Shown: one piece after another, positions 35,705 to 47,929 of the stretch
Layout: each line of letters begins with the position of its first letter
Position numbering within the stretch: the stretch's first letter is position 1
Origin: Leucoraja ocellata
Taxonomy: Eukaryota
Direction of reading: 5' to 3'
Assembly: GCA_036785375.1 (NCBI GenBank)
Contig: JAWMAR010000020.1
Coordinates: 7,316,001-7,380,000 of the forward strand
Length of the DNA: 64,000 nt
Notes under the pieces: generated by a model
The model's input: only the letters and a program-made list of their open reading frames with translations
Told to the model about the DNA's origin: nothing
The model's database searches: none
Position numbers and translations under genes: made by a program

Positions 35705-36227
35705 CTGCAGTGGTCAAAACAAAATGCAATGGATATATCTCCGTGGGAAGAACAAGGACAAGCACAGGAGTCAATGGTTTATATACGAGTAACTGCAGGT
35801 GCTAGTTCACACACAGGGACACAAAGTACTGGAGTAAATCAGCAGGTCAGGCAACATCTCCGGAGAACATGGAGAGTTTAGTTTAGTTTAGTTTTAGTGT
35901 CTCATGTCCGGTTAAAAAAAAGTGTACAGATACACGATAAATGGAATAAGGTCATGACTGGGTTTAAATTCCTGGAACTGCCTCCACAACATTTTTGTGG
36001 GAGCGCCTTCACCAGAGGATCTTCCGGGGTCAACTTGGGATGGGCAATAAATGCTGCCCCACGGCCTGTACAGTAAACGAACAAATGGCCGCTTCTCTGG
36101 TGCTTAACGTACAGTATCGACCATTCAGTGGATAGCCAGCTGGTTTGTGCTCCTGGCTGCCCCTCGCGCTGTCAGTGGTGGGAGCTGTACTCTCTCGGAC
36201 TTCCCTAGCTGGTCTTTAGACTGAAAT

Positions 36228-36520
36228 GATTTTTGATTTTAGAGATATATATCGCGGAAACAGGCCCTTTGACCCACAGAGCCCGCGCAGACCACTAGCA
36301 CTATCCTGCTTATTGGGGACAATTTACAATTTTACCAAGCTAATTAACCAACAAACCTGTACGTCTTTGGAGTGTGGGAGGACACCGGAGCACTCCCGAA
36401 GAAGATGCACGCGGTCACGGGGAGAACATACAAACTCCGTGCAGATAGTGCCCGTAAGTCAGGATCGAACCTGGGTCTATGGTGCTGTAAGGCAGCAACT
36501 CTACCGCTGTGCCACCGTGC
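36228..36520 (-). mobile_element. V-SINE (HE1-like)
   Basis: Same consensus. Confidence 0.86.
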
Positions 36521-36568
36521 CCCCCCCCCCCCCCCCCCCGCCCCATGGTCACCAGGTGTGAGCTATAC

Positions 36569-36717
36569 CGTGCCGTCCTTGGCGGTGAGGTCTCGTGTTT
36601 TGTAGGAGACCTGGGTGCGTCCGTCCTCGGTGATTTCACGAAGCAGAGCGATGTTGGCCACCTTGTCCTGCCGCTGGCACGTGTAGGAAGGCTGCAGGAA
36701 GCTGATGCTGCTCTTGG
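36569..36717 (-). CDS. ITGB4: Integrin beta-4 Calx-beta exon 1
   Basis: 149 nt, phase 1/0, donor gtatag; AKSSISFLQPSYTCQRQDKVANIALLREITEDGRTQVSYKTRDLTAKDGT. Confidence 0.92.
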
Positions 36718-37551
36718 CTGCCGACAGGAGGAGAGAGAGAGAGACTTCAGTGAACGGCGAGATAGTAACGGTCGGACACAAGAGACTGCACACACTGCGA
36801 TCATGAGCAAAACCACAAAGCACTGGAGGAACTCAGCAAGCCGGGCAGCATCTGCGGAGGGAAATGGCCGGGTGCCTTCTTCAGCTTGACTGAGCAGAGG
36901 GGAGAACGCTGAGGGGAAAAGGTGAGGGGAAAAAACTGGCAAGTGATAGGCGGATACAGGTGAGGAGGGGAGACTGGCAGATGGGGGACCTAGATGGTGA
37001 CACGGACCAGAGGTGAAAGAGAGACAAGTGCGTCAGATCAAGGACGAAGAAAAGGAGTGAAACGTAAACCGAGTGGATTGATAGTGGGAATGGAATGGGA
37101 AGGAAAGGGGAGGGGAGGAAAGATGCAAATACCAAAGAAGCTCGGAGCTTGGGAAACATCTGAGTAAGCTTGTGGTGGACGGAAACGCCAAGGCTTGTGA
37201 TGATGTCACCTCGGGAGAGAGATGGGTGGGGGGGGGGTGGGGGGAATGAGAGAGATGGGGGAGGAGCATAGAGGGGACAGAGGCAGTGGGTTGAGAGGGA
37301 AGGGTGGGGTAGGTACTGCTGGCTACATGATGTGACATTGAGACCCTTATCCTGGTGAGTCCGGGTGAGGAGATAGAGCTGCCCTCAGACCCGGTCACTC
37401 CCTGGGGACGTGACCCTCGATGGAGACAAGTGCACCGGTGTGATGTCAGGAGCTGGCGGGCAGAGTGGGGGGGGGGGGGTGATCGACGGGAGCGGAGGGG
37501 CTCCGGCCGGGCCAGGACGCGACGGGCAGTCGCCGGTTCCAAACCCCTTAC

Positions 37552-37731
37552 CGGCCTCTTTGATGATGGTGATGTCGACGAAGCGCTTGGTGATCTCCGC
37601 CGTTCCCAGCGGCACGTCCACCGCCTCCACCAGCAGCCGCTTCTCATCGTCGTCCTCGTCCTTCACAAAGAGCGGCACCCGCACGTCCACCAGCTCCACC
37701 CCATCCTGGAACTCTACCTGGCCCCGGGCAC
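37552..37731 (-). CDS. ITGB4: Integrin beta-4 cytoplasmic exon
   Basis: 180 nt, phase 1/1; [43 protein letters not shown]...ITIIKEA. Confidence 0.96.
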
Positions 37732-38460
37732 CTGCCAACAGCACGGCAAAGGTTGTCAATGGAAGCCCGGCACAGACGCCTCCGCCCCCACTGCTCACGC
37801 CCGGCGGCCCCACAAATCGGCAAAGCCAATCGTCAGAGCTATTGCAGGCCCTGCCCACCCCAACCCCCCCCCCCCTGAAGCGATCCATCCCACCTGTCCA
37901 CACCACCCTCCAGTGATCCACTCCATAACCCCTCGTGATCCACTTCACACAATCCATGGTGATCCATCCCAACACAATCCATGATGATCCACTCTTACAC
38001 AATCCAGGGAGATCCATCCCACACTAACACTAGCCCTGGTGGTCCAATAATACAAGTTGGGCATCTCACGTTGATCAACACCCGCATCATTAAACCCAAT
38101 TTGAAATGGAGCTTCAGTAGTAGAAGGTAAAGAGAAGCTCAAAGCAGGAAAGGCATGAAGACAGTTCTTGTGGGCCAGACGTCATATCCTTGGCTTCTGA
38201 ACCACGGCCACCGGTGGGTGACGGATTAGCCAGAGACAGAAGTGAAGGAGAGCAGATATTTGAGAGGATTTCCGCACCGGAGGAGATTGCGGAGATAGGT
38301 CGAGAACACAAATCCCACCCATTACTCTACTCCAATCCCAAGAGATCCACTTCATACCAGTGACCCCAACCCCAAGTGATGAACCGGATGCAGCCCACCG
38401 CCAACACCCTGCTGCCTGTACAGACAGAGCAGAGAGACCGACTCCCTGATCCCCACTCAC

Positions 38461-38609
38461 CTCGATCAGACGCCACTGTGTAATAGCCCGGGACGACTTT
38501 CAGATCGTTGAAGGTTCCCATAGTGACCTGGTGTTCGGTGAGCTTCATGATCTCTGGTTCTGCTGAACGGGGCGCTGTCAGCTGAGTGTCAATGATGGTC
38601 AGGTCCGAC
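38461..38609 (-). CDS. ITGB4: Integrin beta-4 cytoplasmic exon
   Basis: 149 nt, phase 2/1; SDLTIIDTQLTAPRSAEPEIMKLTEHQV...DLKVVPGYYTVASDR. Confidence 0.95.
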
Positions 38610-39035
38610 CTGGGACGGAGAAACACCTACATTACCAAACCCAGCCTGCCGCTCCGTGCGAGCACTGGTAAAGCCTTCGCCTGTCGGAGGAAGGGTCCCG
38701 ACCCAAAACGTCACCCATCCGTTTCCCCCAGAGATTCTGCCTGGCCCGCTGAGTTACTCCAGCACTTTGTGTCTATCTTTGGTATAAACCAGCATCTGCA
38801 GTTCCTTCCCATGCACAATAAATTGTTGGCAGAGAAGGCGAAAGGGAAAGGTTTCACAGAGTCATACAGTGTGGAACCAAGCCCTTCAGTCCAACTGGCT
38901 CACACTGAATTTCACATCCCAACTACATTAGTGCCACATGCCTGCATTTAGCCCCTATCCTTCTAAACCTGCACTATCCATGCATCTGTCTAAATGTTTC
39001 TTAAACGCTGCAATAGTACTTGCCTTAACTACCTA

Positions 39036-39337
39036 CGGCACCTTGACGCAGCAGTAGAGTTGCTGCCCCACAGCGCAAGATACCCGTGTTTGATCGTGAC
39101 TATGGATGCTGTCTGTGTGGAGTGTGCACGTTCTACCTGTGACTGCGTGGGTTTTCTCCGGGTGCTCCGATTTCCTCCCAAACTCCAAGAAGTACAGGTT
39201 TGTAGGTTAATTGGCTTCAGTAAAATTGTACATTTGTCTTAGTGTGTAAGGTAGTGCTGGTGTACGGGGTGATCGTGGCTGGGGGATTTCGGGTGGGACG
39301 AAGGGCCTGTTTCTGCGCTGTATCTCTAAAGTCTAAA
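39036..39337 (+). mobile_element. V-SINE (HE1-like)
   Basis: Head, V-domain and tail gggcctgtttctgcgctgtatctctaaagtctaaa. Confidence 0.85.
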
Positions 39338-39364
39338 GGCTAGTGCTGCCAACTGAGATAGCAG

Positions 39365-39905
39365 TTCTAAAATTCTCCAACTTTAGGGAACTAACCTACA
39401 AACACTCCTCCCCCTCCCCCCTCTCTTCCCTGTGCCCCCATCTGCATGGACACCCATTTCTCCCTTTCCTCTCCACCCCCCCACCCCCATGTCCTTTTCC
39501 AACTAGATATTCCTTCCTCTGGCTTCACATTTCACACCCTTTCTACTGTTATTTCCTTACCTCACTTTTTACCTTTACATCCTTGGTCTTTGTCCACCTA
39601 TCTGCCAATTCAAAACCCCCCTCACCTGTATCCACCTATAACTTTGTCCTGCTTGTATCTCTCTTCCAGCTTTGTCCCCCAACTCCACTCAGCCCTGACC
39701 CAAAACGTCACCTAACCATGTTCTCCAGACATGCTGCCTGACCCGCTGAGTCACTCCAGCACTTTGTGTCTTTTTTTTTTAAAACCAGCACCCGTCTGAT
39801 GAAGGTCTCGACCCGAAACATCACCTATTCCTTTTCTCCAGAGATGCTGCCTGACCCGCTGAGTTTTTGCAGCATTTTGTGTCTATCTGCTGATCCTTCT
39901 GTCTA
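39365..39905 (+). mobile_element. Penelope-derived repeat with tandem terminal units
   Basis: Two successive cccaaaacgtcacc / cccgaaacatcacc...gatgctgcctgacccgctgag units. Confidence 0.75.
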
Positions 39906-40138
39906 CGAGGTACTAAACGTCCGGATGTGACAATGGGGATAGAAATGCACTTGAGATGAGGAAATTAAGACACAAATATCTGAAGATGGTTTGACATAAA
40001 CCTCCCCGGCAGAGAAGGCGGGAGGGATGGATTGGGAAGAACAGTGCAGGATGGGGTACGGAGACTGGCGATTACAGGCAGATTGAGAGCACGGATATCA
40101 TGGAAGCTGCTGGTGGGCTAGGTCACAAAATCACCTAC

Positions 40139-40162
40139 CTCTTTCCTGCATGTGGCTGGGTC
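40139..40162 (-). CDS. ITGB4: Integrin beta-4 24-nt microexon
   Basis: ttttag|G ACC CAG CCA CAT GCA GGA AAG AG|gtaggt, phase 2/2; (R)TQPHAGK(R) vs human RQQPNAGKK (recalled). Confidence 0.88.
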
Positions 40163-40264
40163 CTAAAACAAAAGGAAAGCGATATTTAGCAAGAGGCAGT
40201 TTAAGTTCTTAATTGTCAACGATACAGCTTTCAACAAATCACCGACATTAGAGGCAGAATGAAG

Positions 40265-40286
40265 TGAGAGAGAGGGAGAGAGAGAG

Positions 40287-40343
<57 letters not shown>

Positions 40344-40631
40344 CCCCGTGAGGTGGGTGTTGGGCAGAGGAAGGTCAAGTGGAGGGGAGAGGGAGAAGGG
40401 GAGAGAGACAGGGAGAGGAGCAGAATGCAGGAGGCAGACAAGGAAAGAGGGAGGAGAAGAGGAGACAGAGAAGAGGAGACAGAGGCGAGAGGAGAGATTG
40501 CTTACGATGGAGGTGCAGAGGGGCAAAGATAATGGGGACGGAGAAAGAGAGAGGGCAAGATGGCACAAGACAGGGGGCACCATTCAGGGGGGGCATCAGC
40601 CAAGGGGGTGTGAGGCAGATTGAGAGTAAGG

Positions 40632-40680
<49 letters not shown>

Positions 40681-40811
40681 TGAGAGAGGCAGTAGAGGGA
40701 GAGAGACAGGGAACAAGAGAAGAGGGATTGAGATTGAGCAAAAGCGTGTGATAAAAAGGGAGCAAAGCAGAGAGAGTGAGATGAGAGAAAGCAGGAGAGA
40801 AACTGATGGAA

Positions 40812-40844
<33 letters not shown>

Positions 40845-40870
40845 CAGGGGAGAGGGTGAAGGAGAGGCTG
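40265..40870. repeat. (GA)n microsatellites and purine-rich tract
   Basis: Near-pure GA runs at about 40265-40340 and 40634-40676. Confidence 0.95.
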
Positions 40871-40910
40871 AGAGGGACGTCACAGATGGGTGACACTGGG
40901 ACATCCTTAC

Positions 40911-40969
40911 CTGAATTTCGTTTTCTGGACAGTCTGAGCCCCTGGAATATGTTTATACACTTCGTTGAG
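40911..40969 (-). CDS. ITGB4: Integrin beta-4 cytoplasmic exon
   Basis: 59 nt, phase 0/2; LNEVYKHIPGAQTVQKTKF(R). Confidence 0.93.
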
Positions 40970-41174
40970 CTGGAAAGATAAAGACACGCCTAGGTCAGTG
41001 GTCATCGATAGCATTGAACAAAGGATTGCCAATACATGTGTACCTATCCCCCACGTTCCTCAGTATGGGTCAGCCTCCCCGAGTCACCACCCACACCACT
41101 ACCCTGCCTCTCCTCTGCACACACCCTGATACATATGAACAACCTCACCAGACACAAACTGCTCTGCGCACTGG

Positions 41175-41645
41175 GGAAAATAATTCACCTTTCTGTCCTG
41201 GGCCTCGTCCACTGTCAGGGTTGAGGCCACACGCAAATTGGAGCAGCAGCACCTCATATTTCGCTTGGGCAACTTACAACCCAGCAGTATGATCGTTGAT
41301 TTCTCTAATTTCAAGTAATTCCTACATTTCGTTTCTACCTCCCCGTCCCCGTCCCCGTCCCTTCCCCCACCCTAGCTGTCCTACCAGTTCCACTGTTAGC
41401 ATCCTTGTAGCCCTGACGTTAGCACACCTTCCCCAGCTAATGATGGGCCATTGTGGACTTCACCCTTCCTGAGGTCATCTGTGGCCGGCCCTGTTCCGGC
41501 CTTCTCTATCTTTCAGTCTGAAGAAGGGCTCGGACCCGAAACATCGCCTATTCCTTTTCTCCAGAGATGCTGCCTGTCCCGCGGAGTTAGTCCAGTATTT
41601 TGTGTCCACCTAGTATGCCAGCACCTGCAGTTCCTTCCTACACAA
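41175..41645 (+). mobile_element. Penelope-like element 3' fragment
   Basis: EATRKLEQQHLIFRLGNLQPSSMIVDFSNFK* followed by ctgaagaagggctcggacccgaaacatc. Confidence 0.82.
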
Positions 41646-42490
41646 TTGAACTATCTGCACACTATTTCAGGAAACCTTCGTGGATACACATGATAAATTC
41701 CACCCTGTCCAAGCGCTTGCACGGAGGATGTTCCAGTCAATATTGGAGAACATTGACTGGGACGCAACAAAACATGCAACCATAACGTTAACATGCAACA
41801 AAAGCTTTTCACTGTACCTCGGTACCCGTGACAATAAAGGGTCACGTACTGCGACAACCCTGTTGCTTTTACATCTTTCCATAATCTGTCGACATATCTA
41901 TTCCTCCATCTTCTGCTGGCTATTGAAGGCCTATTGTACAAGCCCATAGGAATGAAGGTAACTATCTTATTTCTGAGCTCAACTCCTATTGCCTTGTTGG
42001 ATGAATCCTCCAGCATGTCCTCTCTTAGAATCATAGAGTCATAGAGTGTAGAAACAGGCCCTTCGCCTCAACCTGGCCACACCAACCAACATATCCCATC
42101 TACACTAGTCCCACCAGCCTGCGTTTGGCCCATATCTCTCTAAACCTGTCCTATCCCAAGTACCTGGCTGATTATTACTTCAACATTGCAATAGTTCTTT
42201 CCTCAACTACCTCCTCCGGCAGCTCGTTCCATAAACACACCAGCCTTTGTATGAAAAAGTTCCTATTAAATCTTTCCCCCTTCACCTTAGACCTATGTCC
42301 TCTGGTTCTCGATTCACACTCCGGGCAAGACACTTCCTCTTTACCATTCATGAAACATGGAAACCCTGCAACGTTTCTGAGCTGCCATTCCTGAGTCACT
42401 CCTAGCCAAGTCTGTGCAATGGCCACACCATCACGTTCCTGGGCACTGAGCCAGGCACTAACCTCGCCCCCATTACCCATAATATTCCTG
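41645..42490 (-). mobile_element. Old CR1 endonuclease-region remnants with nested CR1 and Rex tails
   Basis: AIAQTWL and AIGVELRNK..MGLYNRP remnants. Confidence 0.65.
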
Positions 42491-42500
42491 GCACGCTTAC

Positions 42501-42604
42501 GTTTTCATCCGCCAGGAGCCGAAGCTGCTCAGACTCCCTGGAGTCCGGGTTGATCAGCTCGTTGTTGAACACTCGGGCTGCCCGCAGCGACAGGTTGTAG
42601 AGAA
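42501..42604 (-). CDS. ITGB4: Integrin beta-4 cytoplasmic exon
   Basis: 104 nt, phase 1/0; VLYNLSLRAARVFNNELINPDSRESEQLRLLADEN. Confidence 0.92.
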
Positions 42605-43552
42605 CTGACGGAGAGAGACAGATCGAGGGTCAGAGGCCACGGGGAAGCTTCAACCCTTCAATCCTCAACATGTAAAACCCCAGCCCCACCCACTCTCCTC
42701 CTGTACTGGGGGACAGGGCAGCTCCTGAATCAATGCAGCACTCAGCGTACAACTCCAATCTCCCTCTCGCTCTCCCCCATTCACTCTCTTCCTCTCTCTC
42801 TCTAGCCCCTCTCCCCCATCTCTCCCCCCTCCCCTCCATCTCTCCCCTCTACTCACCCACTCCTTCTCCATCCCTCTCCAACTCCCCCCTGCCCTGTACC
42901 CTCTCCACCCTCTTCCTTCCCGCCCCCTCCCCCCTTACAGCCCCCTCCGTCTCCCCCCACCCTCTCCATCTCTGCCCCCTTTCCTTTTCCTGTCCTCCCC
43001 ATCTACCCCATCCACTCTCCTTTCCCCCCCTCTCCCTCCTCCTATTCTGCCCTATCCACGTACCTGTCTAAATGTTTCTTAAATGTTATGATAGTACCTG
43101 CTCGACTGCCTCCCCTAGCAGCTTGTTCCATACACCCACCACCCTTTGTGTGAAAAAGTTACCCCTCACGTTCTTATTAACTCTTTCCCCCTCACCTTAA
43201 ACCTATGTCCTCTGGTTCTCGATTCCCCTACTCTGGCCAAGTGCATTGACCCAATCTATTCATCCCGTGATTTTGTTCATCTAGCAGAGGTAACTGTTAA
43301 AAGTCAAGCTCAGTGACTAGCTATTTATATAGTGACCATCTGTAGTTCAGTGTCCCTAGGAGCCACCTCAACTCAAAATGTTTCTTTTCTTTAAAAGATC
43401 AAAACTGCAAGCTCGGGCCCACCGTTGCTGGAAGTGGAAATCACAGAGCTGCATAAACTGAGAAGCTGCCCAGAGGCTGCCTTCAGACCCACAGACACAG
43501 CTTCTCCACCCATCAAAGTGACGGCCCCCTTCCCCTCCCCCGAGATACCCAC

Positions 43553-43741
43553 CAGAGTCCTTGGGGCTGATGAGTTGGGAGTGAGCAGTGGCTCCCTTGT
43601 GCACATTGTCCGTCACCTTCCACCGCACAATGTCCGTCCCGTCCAGTTTGTTGGTCCGCACCATCGGAGTGTCCAGGGAGTTGGAGGTGAGCTTGCTCTG
43701 ACGGAGCATGTAGTGGTCTTCCTTAAACCCCACCAGGGTGC
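43553..43741 (-). CDS. ITGB4: Integrin beta-4 cytoplasmic exon
   Basis: 189 nt, phase 1/1; GTLVGFKEDHYMLRQSKLTSNSLDTPMVR...IVRWKVTDNVHK...SPKDS. Confidence 0.95.
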
Positions 43742-44061
43742 CTAGACATTCAATCAAGGACGAATACTATCAACGTTACGTTCACATGACGGGCTGGATA
43801 AAGTACTTCAAATGATCAAAGGTCTTGACAATACAGTTAAATGGAGCATTGACGGATGGAGTTAAATCATATGGTTCAATGAGCCCACATTCATGCTTCA
43901 GAGAGAGCCTAGGAGTTAATATACAGGGATAGCCAAGGAGTTAATATGCAGGGAGAGTCAAAGAGTTTATTTACAAAGCACCGGTGATGTCTCGATCTGC
44001 TTTGGAGATAATAAAGTACATGTGAAGTGCAGTCACTGCTGAAATGTAGGTAGGGAATCAG

Positions 44062-44310
44062 AGTTGAGTTCAGTTGATTTTGAGTTTAGTTTATTGTCAC
44101 ATGTGCCGAGGTACGGTGAAAAGCTTTTGTTGCGTGCCAACCAGTCAGTGGAAATACAATACATGATTATTAATCGAGCTATCCATAGTGCACAGATACA
44201 TGATAAAGAGAATAACATGAATAACGGTTAGTGCAAGATTAAGTCCAGTAAAGTCCGATTGAAAATAGGATCCGAGGGTCTCCAATCCGAGGGTCTCCAA
44301 TCAGGTCGAT
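44062..44310 (-). mobile_element. Rex-type LINE 3' UTR fragment
   Basis: Reverse complement of the same tail. Confidence 0.75.
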
Positions 44311-44439
44311 AATTTGGATAAATACAAAGTGTTGAATTTTGATAAGATAAACAAGGGGAGAGAAGGAAAAGGATGAAGAAAATGTTGAACTATCGAGGAA
44401 CCAGGCTCTTCCCGAATTATAAGAGTGAATAGACGTTAC

Positions 44440-44491
44440 CTCCAGCACAGCATGGCAGCATGGCACAGCAGGGGAGCTTTGCACAGCAGGC
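44440..44491 (-). CDS. ITGB4: Integrin beta-4 juxtamembrane Cys-rich exon
   Basis: ttgcag|...|gtaacg, 52 nt, phase 0/1 fits both neighbours; ACCAKLPCCAMLPCCAG. Confidence 0.9.
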
Positions 44492-44837
44492 CTGCAACAG
44501 AGATGGGCATCGTTAGACAGGCAAGAGACAGGCACCAGTACCAGCACAACATTGGTACGCAACACCCACCAAAAATCAGAGTACGTCTGAGGCTTTAGAT
44601 TACAGAGCTTCAAAGACAGCCTCTTCACTAAAGGTCATATTCATCGAGAAGATGGGGCTCTACAGGACTGAGACCACAAAACCCAGTGGAGGCCAACCGT
44701 CAAACACGAGACTAGCAGGAGTCAGCCACCCAACTCCTCAGTCCCACGTGGCTGGTCTATGCTGACCTCAACTCCTCTATCCATCCCGGTTCCCCATAGC
44801 CTTCATTCCTTTACTCTTTCAAGAGCGTATCTATACG

Positions 44838-45088
44838 GGTGGCACGGTGCCGCAGCGGTAGAGTTGCTGCCGCCTCATGGCGCCAGAGACCCAGATTCAA
44901 TCCTGACCACGGATGCTGTCTGTGCGGAGTTTGTACGTTCGTACCCACACTCCAAAGACGTACAGGTTTGTAGGTGAAAAAAAACTGTAATGTGTCGGAT
45001 AGTGCTGGTATGCGGGGAACGCTCGTCGGTGCGGCCAAAGGGTCTGTTTCCGCGCTGTATCTCTAAACTAAAATGAACTAAACTAAAC
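44838..45088 (+). mobile_element. V-SINE (HE1-like), internally deleted
   Basis: Head ggcacggtgccgcagcggtagag and (ctaaa)n tail. Confidence 0.84.
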
Positions 45089-45176
45089 AATTCTACCCAA
45101 GATTGGAGACCAAAAGCTACGGATTACGATCAAAGCAATCCCCAAGCCACAAGTCTTGGTCCAGGCCACCAGTAGT

Positions 45177-45450
45177 AGACTTTAGACTGTAGAGATACAG
45201 CGCGGAAACAGGTCCTTCAGCCCACCGAGTGTACGCTGACCAGCGAGCACCCCGTACACTAGCACGACCCTACATACTTGGAACCATTTGCAATTTTACA
45301 GAGGCCAATTAACTTACAAACCAGTGCATCTTTGGTTTACAAATTGACCCTAGTGTGTTGGATAGTGCTAGTGTACAGAGATCACTGGTCAGCGCCGATT
45401 CGATGGGACAAGGGGCCTGTTTCCACGATGTAACTCAAAGCTAAAATAAA
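45177..45450. mobile_element. Two V-SINE 3' halves in inverted arrangement
   Basis: Minus half about 45177-45335, plus half about 45336-45450. Confidence 0.75.
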
Positions 45451-46261
45451 ACCAACTTAAAAAAATTCTTGATGAATAGCACAGAGACCAAGGGGCTGTG
45501 CACCAGGGCTTCAGAACCCAACTAGAAACACTCTACAGTAAGCCCATCCACTACTGCCCACCAGGTAGCTTTAGATCCATTTACCTGGTCACCTTAGACC
45601 CAGGAGCTGCTTCCTGAAGAGGAATGATCCTCGTTCCCCCAGCCCCATGTAACCCAAGGGACAACTCATTCTCCCGAAATAATCGAACCATCAGCCAGAA
45701 AACTGGGCAGGATAGGTCCTACCTATGATAAGGTGCTCGCGGTCTCATTCTGAACACCAGGGGCACTCAATCCATACAGGACAGGGCAATACATTCTCCT
45801 CCTCCCTCCCTCCTCCCCCACCCCTAGGACCAGACATCTCCACACTGACTCCACACTTGAGTTGTACAGCAACAGAAACGGCCCTTGAGCCCACTACACC
45901 ATGCCCACCTTTACCCCCGTCTCCACCAAACCCATCTGCCTGTGTTTGGTCTGTGTGCTTCTATGCTTTGCCTATTTAAGCCCCTATCGAAATTCTTCTT
46001 AAATGCTGTGATTGCATCTGATTCCACCCGCTCCTCTGGCAGCACGATTCAGACACCAACAATTCTCCGTCTAAAAACGCTCACCTTCAGGTCTCCTACA
46101 CAACTCCTTCCGCTCACCTTAAACCCATGCCTCCTGCCAAGGGACTGCCCTGCCTTGCTAATGGAGAGAGTCCTCGGTGTTCAGAGTTAGACCACGGGCA
46201 CCTCAGGATGGGTGGGATTGGTTCTGCCCCATCTTGGATCTGGTTGGTGTTTAATGACCCT

Positions 46262-46645
46262 CTAACCCAGCGGTGCGAATATTAATTTCTCTAACTTCAA
46301 GTGACCGTTGCATCCCCCCTCTCTCCGCCCCTCCCCCACCCTCATCATAGTACTAGTTTCACAGTTGTCCTGTTGAATTTAATTGTCTGTAATAACACTT
46401 TATCACCTAGCCCACAACTAACAATGGACCATAGTGAGCTCCACCTTTCCTCGATCATCGCTACTTGTTTGCTTGCCTTTCACCCATTTGTTCTATGTCT
46501 CTCTAGATCACCGTCTATTTCTCTTGTTTCCCTTTCCCCTGACTCTCATTCTGAAGAAGGGTCTCGACCCAAAACGTCACCTATTCATTTCCTCCAGAGA
46601 TGCTGCCTGCCCCGCTGAGTTACTCCAGCTTTTTGTGTCTTTCCG
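46262..46645 (+). mobile_element. Penelope-like element 3' fragment
   Basis: aacccagcggt...tctctaacttcaag; ctgaagaagggtctcgacccaaaacgtcacc. Confidence 0.78.
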
Positions 46646-46805
46646 CCTCTTATAATCTCGTCTCCCTCCACCAGGTTCTCCTTTCCTTTGGCCAGGGCTG
46701 AAGGAGGTGGGGTGGGAGGTGGGGGGGGGGGGGGGGGGGGGGGGTGGGGGGTGGGGGGAGGGGGGTGTTCGACCCGATTGCTGGCTCCCACCTGGCCCCA
46801 CTCAC

Positions 46806-46912
46806 CCGGCAGCAGGCACAGTATTTCCAGCACAGCAGCAGCAACAGGCCCAGGAGCATCATCAGGAACATGATGAGCGGGATGAGCCAGAGAAAGCCTC
46901 CGGGAGGGCAGT
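46806..46912 (-). CDS. ITGB4: Integrin beta-4 transmembrane exon
   Basis: 107 nt, phase 1/0; [36 protein letters not shown]. Confidence 0.96.
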
Positions 46913-47929
46913 CTGGAAAAGGAGAGAACATTGTCAGGCTGGGCACCAGAACGGCGACAGCTCTTCCTCCCACGGACCCACGGCTGGTGTTTGGACCCGC
47001 AGCAGGATGTCAACATTGGCCGTAAACCCAAACCCACCGGCCAGTGCCATCCAAATAATGACCCCTCCTAAACCCCCAAATACTCCCCCCTCCATTCCCT
47101 TCCAAATATTTACCCTTCCACTCCCATCCAGATGTCTTTCCTCCACCCTCAAAGTTAGTTCCCATCCATTCCTCCATATAACTCTCCCTTCACCCTCTCC
47201 ACATAACTACCCCCCCCCCCCCCAACAACGCCCCTTCCATCCTCTCCCAATAACATCCCCCATCTCGCTCTCCAAATAACTCACCCCTCCACCCTATTCA
47301 AGCAACTCTCCCCCTCCAAATACCCCATCTATTCCCTTCTAAATAACCTTCCCCCACCCTCTCCCATTAACTCCCCCACACCTCCTTCCCATTAACTCTC
47401 CGCCCCACCAAGTCAAGCATCACTGGGTCAGATTCCCGGAACTCCTGCCTTAACGGCATGTGATGCGAACGTAGTCCATTCCTAGCTCCTCGAACATGGA
47501 CCAGGGGCGGCAAAAGCTGGCCAACGTGCTAGCGAAGACCAAGGCTTTGGCACGGCCAATGAACAAAACTCCTTCTGAGAATTACAGCAGTCCCTGGAGC
47601 AGGGGCTGGAGATGAATGGCCACACACTGTACAACACGGCCAGGGTCAATAAAGTCCAGCCCTCAGAGTGACCCAGGGAGCAGTGAGTTAATGGAGGATG
47701 GGTTAATCAGCTGCTGTCCTCAATGCCAGACCTCAGCACCGTGAAGGGTAGAAGATGTCGAGGGTGGTATGAGCTGCAATGCCCAGCAGAGGGCGCTCAG
47801 GGCCCTGACACTGGTGACCATGGAGTTGGTACTCACTGTGGAACTGAAACCCAAGCCAAATGTGCCAGTGACTGTTGGCATGAACCAGCCTCCAAACATC
47901 CCCAAACCTCAAAGTGTTCAAAATCACAA

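Noticed and set aside
40163-40981. RE-rich and SL-rich ORFs
   Set aside because: Translations of GA microsatellites.
45723-45752. Candidate small ITGB4 exon (ttcag|...|gtagga) after the TM exon
   Set aside because: Contains an in-frame TAG; the 44440-44491 exon matches the expected Cys-rich peptide.
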